From an uncultured Chloroflexia bacterium (lineage in GTDB: Bacteria; Chloroflexota; Dehalococcoidia; UBA2979): a DNA stretch of 64,000 bases. Location of the stretch: contig CAVSIV010000001.1 of assembly GCA_963728205.1 (NCBI GenBank), positions 1,024,001-1,088,000 on the forward strand, in the 5' to 3' direction. Below the pieces are notes generated by a model, which had not been told where the DNA came from, ran no database searches, and saw only the letters and a program-made list of their open reading frames with translations. Below are positions 60,865 to 64,000 of the stretch, in pieces; within the stretch, counting starts at the first letter, position 1, and the number at the start of each line of letters is the position of its first letter. The position numbers were made by a program, and so were the translations under genes.

Positions 60865-62691
60865 CTAGGCGCCGCCGCTGCCGGCGACCGCGTCCGGCAC
60901 CGCGCCGGGTGACGTCGCGTCCGCCTCGGCGCGCGCCTGCTGGAACGCCTCTTCCTGGTCCTTCAGCTCGAGGTCGTAGATCTCGCGGTAGAGGCCCGGC
61001 TGCTCGAGCAGCTCCTCGTGACGCCCGCGCTGCACGATGCGGCCGCGGTCCAGCACAAGGATCTGGTCGGCGTTCTTCACCGTGCGCAGGCGCTGCGCGA
61101 TCACGAAGGTCGTGCGGCCACGCATCAACTCGGCGAGCGCCTGCTGGATGAGGTACTCGGTCTCCATGTCCACGCTCGACGTGGAGTCGTCGAAGATCAG
61201 GATCGCCGGGTCCATGATCAGCGTGCGTGCGATCGAGATGCGCTGCTTCTGGCCGCCCGACAGCGTGACGCCGCGCTCCCCCACCCACGTCTCGTACCCG
61301 TCGGGCAGGCTCATGATGAAGTCGTGAATGCGCGCCGCCTTCGCCGCCGCCTCGACCTCCTGGTCGGTGGCGTCGAGCCGGCCATACCGGATGTTCTCGC
61401 GGATCGTGTTGATGAACAGGAACATGTCCTGCTGCACGATGCCGATGTTGCGCCGCAGCGACTCGAGCGTGACGTCGCGGATGTCGTGGCCGTCGATGCG
61501 GATCGCGCCATCGGTCACGTCGTAGAAGCGCGGCATCAGGTTCACGATCGTGCTCTTGCCGGAGCCGGTCGGCCCGACGAGCGCGATCACCTGGCCGGGC
61601 TGTGCGTCGATCGTGATCTCGCTCAGCACCGGCGCGACGCGGTCGTAGCCGAATGAGACGCGCTCGAACTGGACGTGGCCGGTGGTGCGCGGGAGCTCGA
61701 GCGCGCCGGGCTGCTCCTGCACGGCGTTCTCGGCGTCGAGGATCTCGTAGATGCGGTTCCCGGCGCTGGTCGTGCGCGCGAGGATGTTCGTGATGAACCC
61801 GAGCATGCGCGCGGGCTGCTGCATCAGCGCGAGGTAGGTGAGGAATGCGAGCAGGTCGCCGGCGCTGATCGTGCCGCGTGAGAGCAGGCGGCCGCCGTAC
61901 CAGACGGTCGTCACCATGGCGGCAGCGCCGAGCCCGGTCAGCAGCGGGTTGTTCGTCGCCTGAATCTTCGTGGTGCGGTACGAGTTCTGGAACAGCGCCT
62001 CGGCCTCGACGCGGAACTTCTCGCTCTCGAAGTCCTCGCGGCTGAACGCCTTCACCACGCGCACGCCGGAGAGGTTCTCCTGGAGCACGTTGCCCATGCG
62101 GCCCATGCCGTCCTGCACGAGCGTCCATAGCGGGCGCAGGCGAGAGGACATGTACATCGAGACGATCGCGATCAGGGGCAGGAAGCCCCACGACACGAGC
62201 GCGAGGCGGATGTTCGTCTGCGCCATCAGCACGAGCGTGACGAGCAGCAGCACGACGATGTACGCCAGCCGGATGATGCCCATGTTCACGTACATGCGGA
62301 CGGCTTCGACGTCCTGCGTCGCGCGCGACATGATCTGGCCGATCTGCGCCTTGTCGTGGTAGGCGAAGCTCAGCCGCTGCAGCTGGTCGTAGATCGCGTT
62401 CCGGATCGAATAGGCGACCGACTGCGAGAGCTTCTCGCCGACGTACTGCTGTGCGTAGGCGAAGACCCCGCGCAGGCCGGCGAGGATGAGGACGAGCGTG
62501 GCCGCGATGATCAGCGCGTGCCAGTCCACCGCGCCCTCGCCCTTGCTCGACATCGCCTTGTCGAGGCCGATGCCGACGATCTTCGGGACGAGGAGCGAGA
62601 ACACGCTCGCGCAGATTAGCGAGAACGTCGCGAGCGCCGCCATGCCCTTGTAGGGGCGGACGAACGACAACAGCCGGAAGAGCGTCTTCAC
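60865..62691 (-). CDS. ABC exporter, fused permease/ATPase (heterodimer half)
   Basis: GPTGSGKS, LSGGQKQR, degenerate Walker B FDDSTS and IAQRL, as in TmrAB-type heterodimers. Confidence 0.93.
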   Translation of the reverse strand: MKTLFRLLSFVRPYKGMAALATFSLICASVFSLLVPKIVGIGLDKAMSSKGEGAVDWHALIIAATLVLILAGLRGVFAYAQQYVGEKLSQSVAYSIRNAIYDQLQRLSFAYHDKAQIGQIMSRATQDVEAVRMYVNMGIIRLAYIVVLLLVTLVLMAQTNIRLALVSWGFLPLIAIVSMYMSSRLRPLWTLVQDGMGRMGNVLQENLSGVRVVKAFSREDFESEKFRVEAEALFQNSYRTTKIQATNNPLLTGLGAAAMVTTVWYGGRLLSRGTISAGDLLAFLTYLALMQQPARMLGFITNILARTTSAGNRIYEILDAENAVQEQPGALELPRTTGHVQFERVSFGYDRVAPVLSEITIDAQPGQVIALVGPTGSGKSTIVNLMPRFYDVTDGAIRIDGHDIRDVTLESLRRNIGIVQQDMFLFINTIRENIRYGRLDATDQEVEAAAKAARIHDFIMSLPDGYETWVGERGVTLSGGQKQRISIARTLIMDPAILIFDDSTSSVDMETEYLIQQALAELMRGRTTFVIAQRLRTVKNADQILVLDRGRIVQRGRHEELLEQPGLYREIYDLELKDQEEAFQQARAEADATSPGAVPDAVAGSGGA

Positions 62692-63093
62692 AGGATCCCC
62701 TCAGTTCGCGAACGCGCACACGCGGACATCACCCGCCCGGACGGCCGGTCGTGGTCGTGGTGGTGCCTACCCTGGTCCGTGGGGTCTTCGACTGCCCGGG
62801 CGAAGCCGACGAGTGACGGTGCCACTCACTACCCATCGCAGACGAACACGCGTGACCCTAACCCTAACGCATGGGTTAGATATGCGCCAGCCTGCGCTGG
62901 CGTTCGTGGTCGCCCCGCGCGCCCATGCTCGCACCGAGGTGGGCGGTGGGGGGTGGCAGGCCTGCGCGGGTGATTTGTCGGGCATGCTCCTCAGGCCGCT
63001 GACGCGGGGCCGTTCGCCGTGCGCCAGCCCGCAGCCGCTCGCGCGCGGTAGGCTACATCCGCCTCCGCGACACGCAGCTGACGGGAAGACGCG

Positions 63094-64000
63094 ATGACCA
63101 CGGACATCGACGAACGCGAGCTCGCTCGCCTCATCCAGGCGGACCAGGCGCACCTGCTGCACCCGCAGTACTACGCGCCCGATCACCGCGACCCGATCAT
63201 CTTCGACCACGGCGAGGGCGTCTGGCTCACGGACGTGCGCGGCCGGCGGTACATCGACGGGCTGGCCTCGCTGTGGAACGTCGCGGTCGGTCACGGCCGC
63301 GGCGAGCTCGCCGACGCAGCAGCCGCGCAGATGCGGAAGCTCGCGTTCACGAGCGCGTACACGGGCTACTCGAACGTCCCCGCGATCGAGCTCACCAGCA
63401 AGGTGATGAGCCTCGTCTACGAGAACATGGGCGGGGTCTTCTTCACGAACTCCGGGTCGGAGTCGAACGAGGGCGCCTTCAAGGCCGCCCGCTTTTACTG
63501 GAACCTCCGCGGCAAACCCGGGAAGGTGAAGCTGATCGCCCGCGAGCGCTCGTACCACGGCGGCACGCTCACGGCATCGGCGATGACCGGCCTGCCGGCG
63601 TTCTGGAAGTACTTCGGGCCGCTCGCGCCCGAGGTCATCCACACGAGCAAGCCCGACAACCTCGAGTGCGACTGCACGCCGAACACCGACGGCGAATGCG
63701 CGCACTGGATGGAGGCCGCCATCCAGCGCGAGGGTGCCGACACCGTCGCCGCCGTGATCTGCGAGCCGGTGAAGGGCGCAGGCGGCGTGTTCCCGCCGTC
63801 GGACGAGTACTTCACGCGCCTGCGCGAGATCTGCGACCGCTACGAGGTGCTGTTGATCGCCGACGAGGTGATCACGGGCTTTGGTCGCACGGGCCACTGG
63901 TTCGCGCTGCAGCGCTGGGGCGTCGAGCCCGACATCATGAGCATCGCGAAGGCCATCACGTCGGCCTACGTGCCGATGGGCGCCTTCATCGTCAGCCAGA
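63094..64000 (+). CDS. Class III aminotransferase (truncated at window end)
   Basis: GEGVWLTDVRGRRYIDG, NSGSESNE, SYHG, LIADEVITGFGRTG, PDIMSIAK. Confidence 0.92.
   Translation, partial: MTTDIDERELARLIQADQAHLLHPQYYAPDHRDPIIFDHGEGVWLTDVRGRRYIDGLASLWNVAVGHGRGELADAAAAQMRKLAFTSAYTGYSNVPAIELTSKVMSLVYENMGGVFFTNSGSESNEGAFKAARFYWNLRGKPGKVKLIARERSYHGGTLTASAMTGLPAFWKYFGPLAPEVIHTSKPDNLECDCTPNTDGECAHWMEAAIQREGADTVAAVICEPVKGAGGVFPPSDEYFTRLREICDRYEVLLIADEVITGFGRTGHWFALQRWGVEPDIMSIAKAITSAYVPMGAFIVSQ

Noticed and set aside
62856-62868. CCCTAACCCTAAC telomere-like repeat
   Set aside because: Only two units; better explained as part of a palindromic operator/promoter

Overview
High-GC bacterial chromosomal window. 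Gene content and order (yceD-rpmF-fabD-fabG-nusB-acpP-tatB-tatC-udg-rnj-ftsK, pan RNA, many apparently leaderless genes) suggest a Chloroflexota/Dehalococcoidia-like organism; this is inference, not verified. It is mostly core genome: an acs-PDH-ACP-lpdA cluster, polA, mutM, panBC, yebC-ruvC-ruvA, uvrB, rnpB, murE and ABC transporters. Signals the ORF track misses: (1) a GrdB/PrdB-like selenoprotein split at an in-frame UGA (UxxC) with a SECIS-like hairpin, next to (2) a circularly permuted CcdA; (3) a ~180-275 nt rod-shaped orphan ncRNA (6S/Ms1-like) convergent with uvrB; (4) two c-di-AMP (ydaO-type) riboswitches driving convergent genes; (5) a large serine recombinase homologue lacking its catalytic motifs in a core locus; (6) two families of REPIN-like palindromic doublets; (7) five frameshifts that all lie at or beside GATC, probably modification-linked sequencing errors. 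No CRISPR array, tRNA, rRNA or intact transposase was seen. Coordinates were read by eye; no searches were run.
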